A stretch of 64,000 bases of DNA, taken from NCBI GenBank assembly GCA_030390025.1, contig CM059432.1, forward strand, positions 120,654,001 through 120,718,000, in the 5' to 3' direction. This stretch comes from Squalus acanthias. Its lineage: Eukaryota. The number at the start of each line of letters is the position of its first letter. Within the stretch, counting starts at the first letter, position 1. Positions 25,060-36,905 of this stretch are shown here, in pieces. The position numbers and the translations under genes are program-made. The notes under the pieces were generated by a model. It ran no database searches, was not told the origin of the DNA, and saw nothing but the letters and a program-made list of their open reading frames with translations.

Positions 25060-26321
25060 CTCCCCCGACACAATCTCATGCCCCCCAACCACCATCTCAC
25101 ACCCCCAACTACCATCCCACGTCCCCCAATGACCATCTCACTCCCCCAACCACCATCTCGCTCCCCTGACGACCATCTCACTCCCCCAACCACCATCTCG
25201 CTCCCCCTGACAACCATCTCTCTCCCCCTGACCACCATCTCGCTCCCCCTAACCACCATCTCTCTCCCCTAACCACCATCTCACTCCCCCAACCACCATC
25301 TCACTCCCCCCACCCACCATCTCGCTCCCCCCAACCACCATCTCTCTCCCCCAACCACCATCTCTCTCCCCCAACCACCATCTCTCTCCCCCAACCACCA
25401 TCTCTCTCCCCCAACCACCATCTCTCTCCCCCAACCAACATCTCTCTCCCCCTGACCACCATCTCACGCCCACCAACCACCATCTCTCTCCCCCTGACCA
25501 CCATCTCACGACCCCCAACCACCATCTCTCTCCCCCTGACCACCATCTCACGCCCCCAACCACCATCTCTCTCCCCCTGACCACCATCTCACGCCCCCCA
25601 ACCACCATCTCAATCTCCCAACCACCATCTCTCTCCCCCAACAACCATCTCTCTCCCCCAACAACCATCTCACTCCCCCAACCAACATCACACTCCCCTA
25701 ACCACCATCTCTCTTCCCCCAACCATCATCTTGTTCCCCTGATCACCATCTCACTCCCCCAACCACCATCTCTCTCCACCTGACCTCCATCTCACTCCCC
25801 CAACCACCATCTCTCTCCCCCTGACCACCATCTCACTCCCCAACCACCATCTCTCTCCACCTGACCTCCATCTCACTCCCCCAACCACCATCTCTCTCCC
25901 CCTGACCACCATCTCACTCCCCCAACTGCCATCTCGCTCCCCCCAACCACCATCTCACGCCCCCAACCACCATCACACTCCCCCAACCACCATCTCTCTC
26001 CCTCAACCACCATCTTGTTCCCCTGACCACTATTTCACTCCCCCAACCACCATCTTGTTCCCCTGACCACCATCTCTCTCCCCCTGACCACCATCTCACT
26101 CCACCCAACCACCATCTCGCTCCCCTAACCACCATCTCTCTCCCCCAACCACTATCTCTCTCCCCTGACCACCATCTCGCTCCCCCCCAACCACCATCTC
26201 ACTCCCTCTGACCACCATCTGGCTCCACCAACCACCATCGCTCACCCCCAACCACCATCTCGCTCCCCTGACCACCAGCTCTCTCCCCTCAACCACCATC
26301 TCATTCCCCCGACCACCATCT
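25060..26321 (+). repeat. C-rich minisatellite, left part (~19-21 bp unit ACCACCATCTCTCTCCCCCA)
   Basis: Dozens of tandem degenerate units visible. Confidence 0.95.
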
Positions 26322-27427
26322 TGAAGGGAAAATTACAAGTTCTAGCCCTTCTCGGGCTACCCCAGATCAGGCGTATTCCCAGACGTTCACCTTCAACTAA
26401 AGTTAACGGTAGCCGAATCCTAGAGACGCTTAATTGGGTCTAAAGGTTCAGACAATCTCTCCCTAAAGGAAAGGAACGGCCAGAAGATATTACCATCCTC
26501 CTGATAGCACTTTTAATAAGTTTAACTAGACTGTAAACTTCCGGATATTATGAGGGTCCGGAAAACCCTCCAGAATTCTGCAACTCCTCACAAAAGAGTG
26601 TACAGAGGTTGAGTTTGCGCGGTTGATACAGAAATTACTCTTGTGAGACAATTCTAAAAATATATAGATTTATTAAGGAACCGACTTTTAGTTAACAGCT
26701 GATGAGTCAATCGCAACTTTCACAATTCAAAATACAAATAGCTTACATTTCTTATTCTCAGAGATCCTATTCTCAAATCTTAACTTGGTTACATTTTTAC
26801 ATTTCTAAGTCTTATTCTTAATCCAGAATATCCACCAAAATCAATTAAGAGTACCTTGATCCCCGAGACTCAAAAAGCTAAAAATTTACAGAGCGTGCCC
26901 CTGAAGTTGAGAATCGCTTGCCCGTTTCCAGCAACTTCTGACTTTTCTATCTGAAAAGCTCTATTTGTATACCTTTTTTTAGTGGTTTATCCTTTGAAGT
27001 TTTCTGCTGATGTAAGCTAATTATCTCCAGCCATTCTCTATTGAATTCTTTTCTATTCTTACTGTCATTTCAGCTGCCAACTTTTAGAATCCTGTCTGCT
27101 GTATAGATGTTTCAAAAACTTATCATTTTTATGGTTATTATCTATTTATCTATTTGGTGCTATTCTTAGGAAGGTCTCCTATTGAATTGTTAAATCAGTT
27201 TAGCTGTTTGTATTCCAGACATCGAAACATAGAAACATAGAAGATAGGAGCAGGAGTAGGCCATTCGGCCCCTCGAGCCTGCTCCGCCATTCAATGAGAT
27301 CATGGCTGATCATCCAAACTCAGTACCCTGTACCTGCCTTCTCCCCATATCCCTTGATACCTTTAGCTTTAAGAAATATATCTAACTCATTCTTGAATAT
27401 ATTTAATGACTTGGCCTCAACTACCTT

Positions 27428-30400
27428 AGACTCGGGAACAGTGCCCATGGATTGGAGGGTAGCTAACGTTACCCCACTATTCAAAAAGGGGGGTAGGGGA
27501 AAAGCAGGTAATTACAGACCTGTAAGCCTTACATCAGTTGTGGGCAAAATGCTGGAGTCCATCATTAAGGATGAAATAGCGGAGCACTTAGCAAATGGGG
27601 ACAGGATAGGACAGAGTCAACATGGATTTACAAAGGGTAAATCGTGCTTGACTAATCTATTGGAATTTTTTGAGGGAGTAACTGGTAAAATAGATGGGGG
27701 AGAGCCAGTAGATGTGGTGTACCTGGACTTCCAAAAGGCTGTAGAATTCGCAATATATCGCGATTTTATTAATAAGGAGAAAACACAGAGTCTCGTTCAA
27801 ACAGCTTTTATTTCAGCAGAATGCTGTCAGGTTTCTCAAAGTGGACACAAGCAGCCTGTAAAATGGCCGCCGCACCTCGTGACAGAACATTCTAGACTTT
27901 TCGACAGGCAGACAAGATGGCGTTCCAATAAACATTTGTGCAAGATCGATTAAGATTCAGCACAGTGAAGATAATACACGAGACATTATGGGTTTGCAGT
28001 ATACACATAAATACTGAAATCGGTCTCCCAGGTACGAATGAAAGCTATTGTACCGAGTAATCAAGGGCCCATCCAAAAGACATTAATATGCAAAATCCCA
28101 ACGACTCTACGATGAGAGAGCCGTTAGCGGGTAGTTATACAAAACACTTGGAAGCCCCAAAACCCCTCCAGGGAGAACACCGACCGATTTAACAATGGGA
28201 GAAATATTAACAGGTACTCAGACAGTTACGAGTAGCCCCGAAACCCATTAAGAACGGAGATCACCCATACAAGACATTTGAGCGCCAAACCCAAACAAAA
28301 GAAAGGACATTAAGGTTGGGCGGGAAACGGAAGATTTTGTACTATAATTACAAGCTCCAACCGTCCATCTTTCTCTTATTCTCTTATCCGATCGACTCGT
28401 AACCTCGTGGCTGCTCCTGTGTTTTGACTCGTAGTCTTGTTCCTGCTTGCCTGGTGCCTCTTTGAAAAAGACTGTTGAACTTTCTGATCCGTTCGGATCT
28501 ACCTCGTGTCGCGTAACGAAGACCTATGTTGGTAACTGGCATCAGAACCAAAGGCCCGAGATGAGATGAGATGAGATGAGATGAGATGAGATGAGAAGAG
28601 AGGAAGACCATACTCATCGCCACGGTCAGTAAATCCCGACCGCGCCCGTAGGTCGAATAGCCAAGTTTTCCTTGCTAGGGAGACTTCTTTGAACTTGCAA
28701 GAATAGACCTTGGAAGATCCTCCAAGATAATATTGACTGGTCTGTGAAACCCATTCGGACAGTGCCTGTTAAACCAACCAACACAGATCTTCATCACAGC
28801 AGACGTTCCAGCCTGCTAGCCGGAGCAGAATCAAGTAAACAAGTGGGACCAGGAGATCTCCTGACCGACACGTGGGTGCTGCGGTGAAAAACATCCGATC
28901 AGCTATTCGGAATTTCTCCGAGTTATCACGAGTGGTGAGCATGAGTCTCGAAATCCTACGAATCTAGCTAGGACAGATATTGATAGGGGAGGGTTTAAGT
29001 ATTAAGGATACTTGTAATGTGTGCCCCTATTTATGGTGTGTCGTTCGTTCCTCGTTTCCCTAGGATCAGCTATATAACTGCTTGTAAGATTGTACTGTCA
29101 TTAATCTGTGCTTATGACATGTATTTCGTAATCTTAAATATCATGCAATAAAGATTTTCCATTTCGTACCATTCAACCGAGTCTACATGAGTTTCATCTC
29201 CATTACTGCTCTCGCATCTAAGTCCAGTGTCTAGAACCGTAAGGGCGAGTGATTCGAACCACTCACAGGTGTGTCTAGTGCTCCCAGACTGGCTGGAGAC
29301 CAGAACAGGCAACAAGGCCTAAACCCGCACTGACATACAGGCTGCACAGAGCCGCGTGAATCTCACAGGCTGCGAGACACGCAGGGTCAGAATCCCTTAC
29401 AAGGCCTTCGACAAGGTCCCACATAAAAGATTAGCATGGAAAATTGAAGCTCATGGGATAAAGGGGAAAGTATTGACGTGGATAGAGAACTGGCTGTCAG
29501 ATAGGAAACAGAGAGTTGGAATAAACGGCTCATTTTCTGAATGGCAGGCAGTAACAAGTGGGGTACCGCAGGGATCTGTCCTGGGTCCCCAGCTGTTCAC
29601 AATTTACATTAATGACCTGGATCAGGGAGTCGGATGCAGCATTTCCAAATTTGCAGACGACACTAAACTAGGAGGGGGGGTGGGCTCAGAGGAGGAGACC
29701 AGGAAGCTCCAGAGCGATTTGGACAGACTGGGTGATTGGGCGGATAAATGGCAGATGCACTATAATGTGGACAAGTGCGAAGTTATCCACCTTGGGTGCA
29801 GGAACGGGAGGGCAAATTATTATTTAAATGGCAATAAATTGGGAGAGGGGGAAGTACAGAGAGACCTGGGTGTTCTTGTACACCAGTCACTGAAGGCGAG
29901 CATGCAGGTGCAACAGGCGATCAAGAAGGCAAACGGTATGCTGGCCTTCATAGCAAAAGGGTTGGAATACAGGAACAGGGATACCTTGCTGCAGCTGTAC
30001 AGGGCACTGGTGAGACCACACCTCGAGTACTGTGTACAGTTTTGGTCGCCTCATCTGAGGAAAGATGTTCTTGCCATGGAGGGGGTGCAGCGGCGATTCA
30101 CCAGGCTGATACCAGGAATGGCGGGATTGACCTATGAGGAGAGACTATGTAGTTTAGGGATGTACACACTGGAGTTTAGAAGATTGAGAGGGGACCTCAT
30201 AGAAGTGTATAAAATTCTGACAGGTCTAGACAGACTAGATGCAGAAGGAATGTTTCCCTTGGCGGGTGAGAACAGAACTAGAGGACATAATTTAAGGATA
30301 AGGGCTAAACCATTTAGGACAGAAATGAGGGGGAATTTCTTCACTCAGAGGGTGGTGAACCTGTGGAACTCATTGCCACAGAGGGCAGTGTACGCCAGCT

Positions 30401-30599
30401 CATTAAATATATTTAAGAGGGAATTAGATATATTAGATATATTTCTACAGGCAAAAGGGGTTAAGGGTTACGGAGAGAAGGCGGGGACGGGATACTGAAT
30501 TGGAGGATCAGCCATGATCTCATTAAATGGCGGAGCAGGCTCGAAGGGCTGGATGGCCTACTCCTGCTCCTATCTTCTATGTATCTATGTATCTATGTA
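27428..30599 (+). mobile_element. Young CR1 LINE nested antisense in the previous CR1
   Basis: Nearly identical to 12229-13728; TSD TACCTT (27422-27427 / 30600-30605); split by LTR B. Confidence 0.95.
27740..29401 (+). mobile_element. Solo LTR B (1662 bp)
   Basis: TGTAG...TTACA termini; 4-bp TSD AGGC (27736-27739 / 29402-29405), whose removal restores CR1 FQKAFDKV; TATAATT at 28343, AATAAA at 29147, internal (GAGAT)n near 28558-28595. Confidence 0.85.
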
Positions 30600-32607
30600 T
30601 ACCTTCTGTGGTAGAGAATTCCACAGGTTCACCACTCTCTGGGTGAAGAAATTCTTCCTCATCTCAGTCCTAAATGGCTTACCCCTTATCCTTAGATTAT
30701 GACCCCTGGTTCTGGACTCTCCGACCATCGGGAACATTCTTCCTGCATCTAGTTTGTCCAGACCTGTCAGAATTTTATATGTTTCGATGAGATCCCCTCT
30801 CATTCTTCTATACTCCAGCGAGTACAAGCCCAATCGACCCATCTCTCCTCATATGTCATTCCTGCCATCCCAGGTATCAGCCTTGTGAATCTTCGCTGAA
30901 CTCCCTCCATGACAAGAACATTCTTCCTCAGATAAAGCGACCAAAACTGCACACAATACTCAAGGTGTGGTCTCACCAAGGCCCTGTACAACTGCAGCAG
31001 GACATCCCTGTTCCTATACTCAAACCCTTTCGCTATGAAGGCCAACATACCATTTGCCTTCTTCACCGCCTGCTGCACCTGCATGCTTACCTTCAGCGAC
31101 TGGTGCACAAGGACACCCAGGTCTCGTTGCACTTCCCCTTCTCCCAATCTATTGCCATTCAGATAATAGTCTGCCTTTCTGTTTTTGACAGCAAAGTGGA
31201 TAACCTCGCATTTATCCACATTATATTGCATCTGCCACGCTTCTGCCCACTCACCCAACCTGTCCAAATCATCCTGGAGTTTCTCGGTATCCTCCTCGCA
31301 GCACACACTCCCACCCAGCTTTGTGTCATCTGCAAACTTGGAGATATTACATTTAGTTCCCTTATCTAGATCATTAATGTATATTGTGAATAGCTGGGGT
31401 CCAAGGACCGATCCCTGCGGTACCCCGCTAGTCACTGCTTGCCACTCGGAAAAAGACCCATTAATTCCTACTCTTTGCTTTCTGTCCACCAACCAGTTCT
31501 CTATCCAAGTCAATACCTTGCCCCCAATCCCATGTGCCTTAACTTTACACACTAATCTCTTATGCGGGACCTTATCGAAAGCCATTTGAAAGACCAAATA
31601 TACCACATCTACTGGTTCTCCCTTATCTATTTTCCCAGTTACATCCAGAAAAAATTCCAGTAGATTAGTCAAGCACGATTTACCTTTTGTAAATCTATGT
31701 TGACTTTGTCCGATCCTGTCACTGTTTTTCAAGTGCTCAGCTATTACATCCTTTATAATGGACTTTAGCATTTTCCCCACTACCGATGTCAGGCTTCCCG
31801 GTCTGTAATTCCTTGCTTTCTCTCTACCAACCTTTTTGAATAGTGGGGTAACATTAGCTACCCTCCAATCCATGGGTACAGTTCCAGATTCCATCGAATG
31901 TTGGAAGATGATCAGCAATGCCTCTACTATTTCTAGGGCCACTTCCTTAAGTACCCTAGGATGTAGATTATCAGGCCCTGGGGATTTATCAGACCTCGCG
32001 TCTCCCAACTGTTCTAAATTTAACACATAAACAATGTGATTGCTTGATGCATTCATTGATGTAATATCTTCAAAGCTTTCCTATTTATACCTTTTACAAC
32101 ATGTAAATTAAAAACACTTCATCTAGGGTGTTCCATGCATTTCTGAGCTATTTCAATTGGTTGTATTAAGAACCATGTCTCCTTGTTCTAAGTTTAACAT
32201 AAAACTATTTTACGGCAGGTGTTTCTTTTACTTGATGTCATTTTTTCAAAGGCACTTGTTTTTTTAATGTTCTGTGCACCTGTTCGACGTGTTAGATTTT
32301 GACACTTTACTTGGGCATTGCTATTGTGTTGGTTCCACACTCTAGACTCCTTGGAACCAACTCTTTGCTTCTTCAATGAGGCCATTGTGTTAGTATTTAC
32401 AACCATTCTTTATCTCAAAAGCCTGTGTGGTGTTTACAACTTTTGTGTTAACACTTCATCTTATCTCAGAAGCCTGTATTTCTGTTTACGGCTTGTGTCG
32501 TTAAGGCTTTTTAGATTTTTAACCCCAGTTTGTCATGTTTTACTAAAATCTGAATTTGTTCATAGGATGGTGTATTTTTCTGAATAGGTTTGGCTCATTC
32601 CTTTACA

Positions 32608-33430
32608 ATCTCTCTCCCCCAACCACCATCTCGCTCCCCTGACCACCATCTCTCTCCCCCAACCATCATCTCATTCCCCCGACCACCATCTCGCTCCCCT
32701 GACCACCATCTCTCTCCCCCAACCATCATCTCATTCCCCCAACCACCATCTCATTCCCCCGACCACCATCTCTCTCCCCCAACCACCATCTCGCTTCCCC
32801 GACCACCATCTCTCTCCCCTCAACCACCATCTCTCTCCCCTCAACCACCATCTCATTCCCCCGACCACCATCTCTCTCCCCTCAACCACCATCTCTCTCC
32901 CCTCAACCACCATCTCATTCCCCCGACCACCATCTCGCTCCCCCAACCACCATCTCGCTCCCCTGACCACAATCTCTCTCCCCCAACCACCATCTCGCTC
33001 CCCAGCCACCATCTCTCTCCCCCCAACCACCATCTCATTCCCCTGACCACCATCTCATTCCCCGACCACCATCTCGCTCACTCCGACCACCATCTCTCTC
33101 CCCCCAACCACCATCTCATTCCCCTGACCACCATCTCACTCTCTCCGACCACCATCTCACTCCCTCTGACCACCATCTCTCTCCCCCCAACCACCATCTC
33201 GCTCCACCCAACCACTATCTCGCTCCCCTGACCACCATCTCGCTCCCCTGACCACCATCTCACTCTCTCCGACCACCATCTCTCTCCCCCCAACCACCAT
33301 CTCGCTCCCTCCGACCACCATCTCGCTCTCCTGAGCACCATCTTGCTCTCTCCGACCACCATCTCGCTCCACCCGACCACTATCTCGCTCCCCCAACCAC
33401 CACCTCATAACCCCGACCACCATCTTGATG
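32608..33430 (+). repeat. C-rich minisatellite, right part
   Basis: Same unit as 25060-26321, resuming directly after LTR A. Confidence 0.95.
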
Positions 33431-33931
33431 CCCCTACCCTGTGATCTCTCCCCCCACCACTCGACCTCCCAACTGCAATCTCTCCCTGCACCTCCGCTGC
33501 GTCTTTGTGCTGCAGGCTTTCCCGCCCAACAGGCAACCAGCCTGTCAATCTCCAGGGAAACCTGGAGTAAAATTTTAAAAGACTGCAGGATGTTGGGAAA
33601 TACGTACTTCTGGGTTTCCCATATAACTCCTCCCCCCCACCCCCGCTCCAAGCGCGCAGCCCCGTAAACATCAGGGCCGATGAATTGCTTAATGGCCCTG
33701 GTCACCCTGGCTTGTTTGACTTTAATACACATTCACCAAGGCCTGCAGCCTCCGGCCTTTCTTCTTACCTGTGCCAGTTCACTTTGTTTTAAAACACAAC
33801 CCTTGAACACAATGGGAGTGAAATTGGTCTACACCAGCAGTGCGAAACAAATTCATAGCAAATCGGCAGCACGATTTACACCGCACCCGATATTCTTTTC
33901 TATTGACGTTCGTAGTGTCATGCAACACCCT

Positions 33932-34688
33932 TGTAAGAAATCGTAGATTGAAAGAAATAATAATAATCTGTTACGAGTTCCCTCGATCAGCCGTTTGCCT
34001 AAGTTGATGACACAGAAAGATTCCAGTCATGTCAGAAAAATAGCTGTACAGAGAGCTGAATTACGAGGTCAGAACACAAAAACAGGCCTTCGAGTGGGCA
34101 TAACTAGGCCTGATAAGGGATGCAGCAAAGAGCTCTAGGAAAAACAAGCTGTCTACGAGAGGGCAATAAGACCTTTAGAACAGAGATATGGAGGAAAATG
34201 ACCTCATGAGGCTGGGAAGGGGCAGTCATAGGTAGCCTCTCCCTTGTAATTAGACAATGGGATGGGTAAAAATGATTGACACCAGGTATCCACCAGCCCA
34301 TCGAAATAAGGTATAAAAACAGACGACTGAGAGAGGAAAGCAGGCAGTTAGGGGTGAAGGCCTTGGTCAAGTTTAGCCTCTGAGGTGACTGACGGCCTAA
34401 CACCTCCAACAGCTCGAGGGATGACCCAACGGAAGTGACCGCTGCAGCAGACTGCAGGAATCCAGCCAATCCAAGACCACCGTACTGCCTCACCGTCTGT
34501 CCGGTTCTTTCGTTCTGCTCCAGGGCTTAGATCGCCCTCATCTGTCACGGGTTGTATGTCTACTGCATCTATTTCAATCACATGTAGTAATATCTGATTA
34601 TGCTTAAACTGTAGCTCTCTAATAAAAAGCCTTAGAACTCTAACACCCTTTGGGTAATCTGTGAGTGACCTGTGATCCAAATCTTACA
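33932..34688 (+). mobile_element. Solo LTR (757 bp)
   Basis: Inverted termini TGTAAGA / TCTTACA; 4-bp TSD CCCT; TATAAAA near 34312 and AATAAA at 34621. Confidence 0.85.
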
Positions 34689-35769
34689 CCCTTACTTGTG
34701 TTCCATTCACCATGGCCAGTGAGAGGTAAGGTTAACCTATTTCCATTGATCGCTTGCAAAGATTATGTGCCCAATTTAGGAGTGCCACCAAAACCACCGA
34801 TCCTCCCAGACCCCAGGTGCCCATGAGTTGTGTGGAAGCCCGGCCGAGAGAAATGCAACGTCTGTGCCTGGCACCTCACTAACTACAGTGCCATGTAATT
34901 GTGTGGTAGGGTGCACCTGTGCCATCTGGCATGCTCCAGGTTGCCTCTGAAGGCCCGGCAACTGGACCACCATGTAACCCCAGCTTTGACTCAAGATGGT
35001 AACTGGGTGCTGCTCCTGGGTCCTGCCCTGGGCCTCCACCATCTGTTGATGCGTCACCTAGCCAAGATAGCCACACCCAATGAATGGTGCACATTGCTTC
35101 CCGCTGAGCGGAGTATTATGTGGCCTCTGATGTATCCTCCTTGAGCAGGGAAGACACATAAGATGATCTCATTCTGTATGAGATGTGGTGCAGACTTGCT
35201 TTTTGGATATCCCAGTCTGGCTGTGGTAACTGAACACGCTATCCTCATGCAACTCAGTCAATGGCTACTGCAGCTGCCTGCACTGGACCAATAAGGCCGG
35301 TCCTGCACTGTGTCAGCCTTATCTCCTCTTCCCTGAGCTGCTTGTGTATAACCCTCTCTGTATCTCCATCATTTCCTATTAAAACATTGAACAGCATGGA
35401 TGAATTCCTCCCACTTCCAGCCATAGTCTGGCCACGGTTACTTCTGTGGTCATCCACAGTCTCCCAGTTGTCAACCTATTTATAGCAGTGGTCAGTGGTT
35501 TGTCTTGTGGCCTACATCACCACGTTTAAAACAGCTGGGCTCCAAAATTCCTACGTGTTGCGAACCCGTAAAAAAAAAGCAGTAAATAAGCTGACAAATT
35601 ACTGTGTCAATTTACAGCAACTAACGAGTAGCTTCCTCTTTAAGGATGTGGGCCCAATATGGCTGAACAGGCCTAACAGCCAGTGCCCCATTTATAAGGG
35701 TGTACACTGCTGTTTTGAAACCAGCAGTTTATTTAAATAATTTTCAGGGTATTTAAGTAAGATGACCAT

Positions 35770-36330
35770 ACGTCGCCGTTTACCGGGGAGAGTCGGTGGA
35801 TGAAGGACTGTGTTCCCGGGCAAACAGTACCCCTGGAAGAGTCCCCGGTTCAGGAAACTCGTCCCCGAATATGCGCGGGTTCAAATCAGGAGCCACGTGA
35901 CCACGAGCTGCCCTGCGGTCGGTTAATAAAGTGGGCGGGGCTGTGCGGCAAGGCGGGTTCCGATCTGCTATTTTCAAGCAATAGAATTGGCGGACTCACT
36001 GAGTGAATTTAATTTATGCAGAGATTGCACTCTGTGGCCACAGCACGCGTGCTCCACCACCCCCCACAACCCCCCAACACCCCCACCCCTGGATAGTCCT
36101 GTGAAATTTGGTTGGAGCCAAAATGTCCGAGTAACGGGGGCCGCCGGTAACCGGACTAATGAGCGGTGGCTGGAGCTGGGTGTGTGGATGTCCCGGGAGC
36201 CGGATCAGAGCGCGCGCCGCAGCCTCGGATGGTGTGGGTGAGTGTCGGGCTGTGAGGAGGGGGGAGGAGCCGGTGGTTGTGGCCAGCAGCTGCTGCGAAC
36301 AGCGGCCGCATTATTCAGCTGGAAAGCTCT
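35770..36330. promoter_or_regulatory. CpG-rich probable host promoter and first exon(s), possibly bidirectional
   Basis: CpG-dense non-repetitive patch with E-box CACGTG (35894), GC box (35933), reverse CCAAT (35986), plus-strand donor GG|GTGAGT (36238) and minus-strand donor CCG|GTAAAC (~35783). Confidence 0.55.
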
Positions 36331-36764
36331 GCCGCTGCTTTTTGCAGATTCAGTTTGCATCAAAATAGTAAACATTTTTGCCTCGTTACGCTTCGCTGCT
36401 CAACCTACATTTTCCATCCTGGCTACTTTGCTGTGCTCTCACCCTGTGCGTCGCCAGATACAGTTTAGAAAATGTGGTCACCCTGCCTTTAAGGGACGAG
36501 TGCAGACCCTCAGTGCCGTCGGCACTTCCCAGCCTATTCTCACTCACTGCATTGCATTCCCAAAGCACATCTGTGTGAACAGTACCAACCACTGCATTAT
36601 CTGCCCCATTTTCTAAGACTAAGAACACAATTATAAAATGACTTGTGCATTTTTTAAAAATTAAGTAACAAATATATTAAAATATATAAAATCCCATTCA
36701 GCTTGTATTGCAATATAATATTGATTCATTAGCAAGTACTAATCGCTGTTGTGAACTCTGCATT

Positions 36765-36905
36765 CCTCCAATTCTGGCTACTTGTGCAACCCGATTGGTG
36801 GCCGTGCCTTCAGCTGCCTCGACACTAAGCTCTGGAATTCTTTCCCTAAACCTCTCTGCCTCTCTACCTCTCTGCCCTCTAAGACGCTCCTTAAAACCTA
36901 CCTCT
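36765..36905 (+). mobile_element. L2 LINE 3' fragment
   Basis: GGTGGCCGTGCCTTCAGC...CTCTGGAATTC...CTTAAAACCTACCTCT (GGRAFS..LWNS..LKTYL), typical of the L2 ORF2 end. Confidence 0.6.

Larger units (their letters stand above)
27221..31989 (-). mobile_element. 5'-truncated CR1 LINE nested in LTR A
   Basis: RT ORF 30800-31989 (KSPGPD...FADD); 3' tail at 27221-27245; TSD CAGAC (27216-27220 / 31990-31994). Confidence 0.93.
26322..32607 (-). mobile_element. Solo LTR A (~1.5 kb without nested CR1s)
   Basis: TG...CA termini (TGAAGG / CCTTTACA); 4-bp TSD ATCT (26318-26321 / 32608-32611); no coding sequence; orientation inferred from minus-strand AATAAA near 26670. Confidence 0.75.
24753..33678. mobile_element. 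MITE (C-rich-core family) expanded by a minisatellite and four nested insertions
   Basis: Left arm (24753-25050) and right arm (33430-33678) match the siblings at 20753 and 46547; 3-bp TSD GAT (24750-24752 / 33679-33681). Confidence 0.8.

Noticed and set aside
24990..33732. Long ORFs such as MVVGGREMVV... and PPTTISLP..., and a CRISPR-like look of the repeat
   Set aside because: They are translations of a stop-poor minisatellite; units are adjacent with no unique spacers, and there are no cas genes.
33813..35480. Possible further Harbinger relic around the 757-bp LTR
   Set aside because: A TIR-like start is present, but coding motifs are too degenerate and no right end was found.
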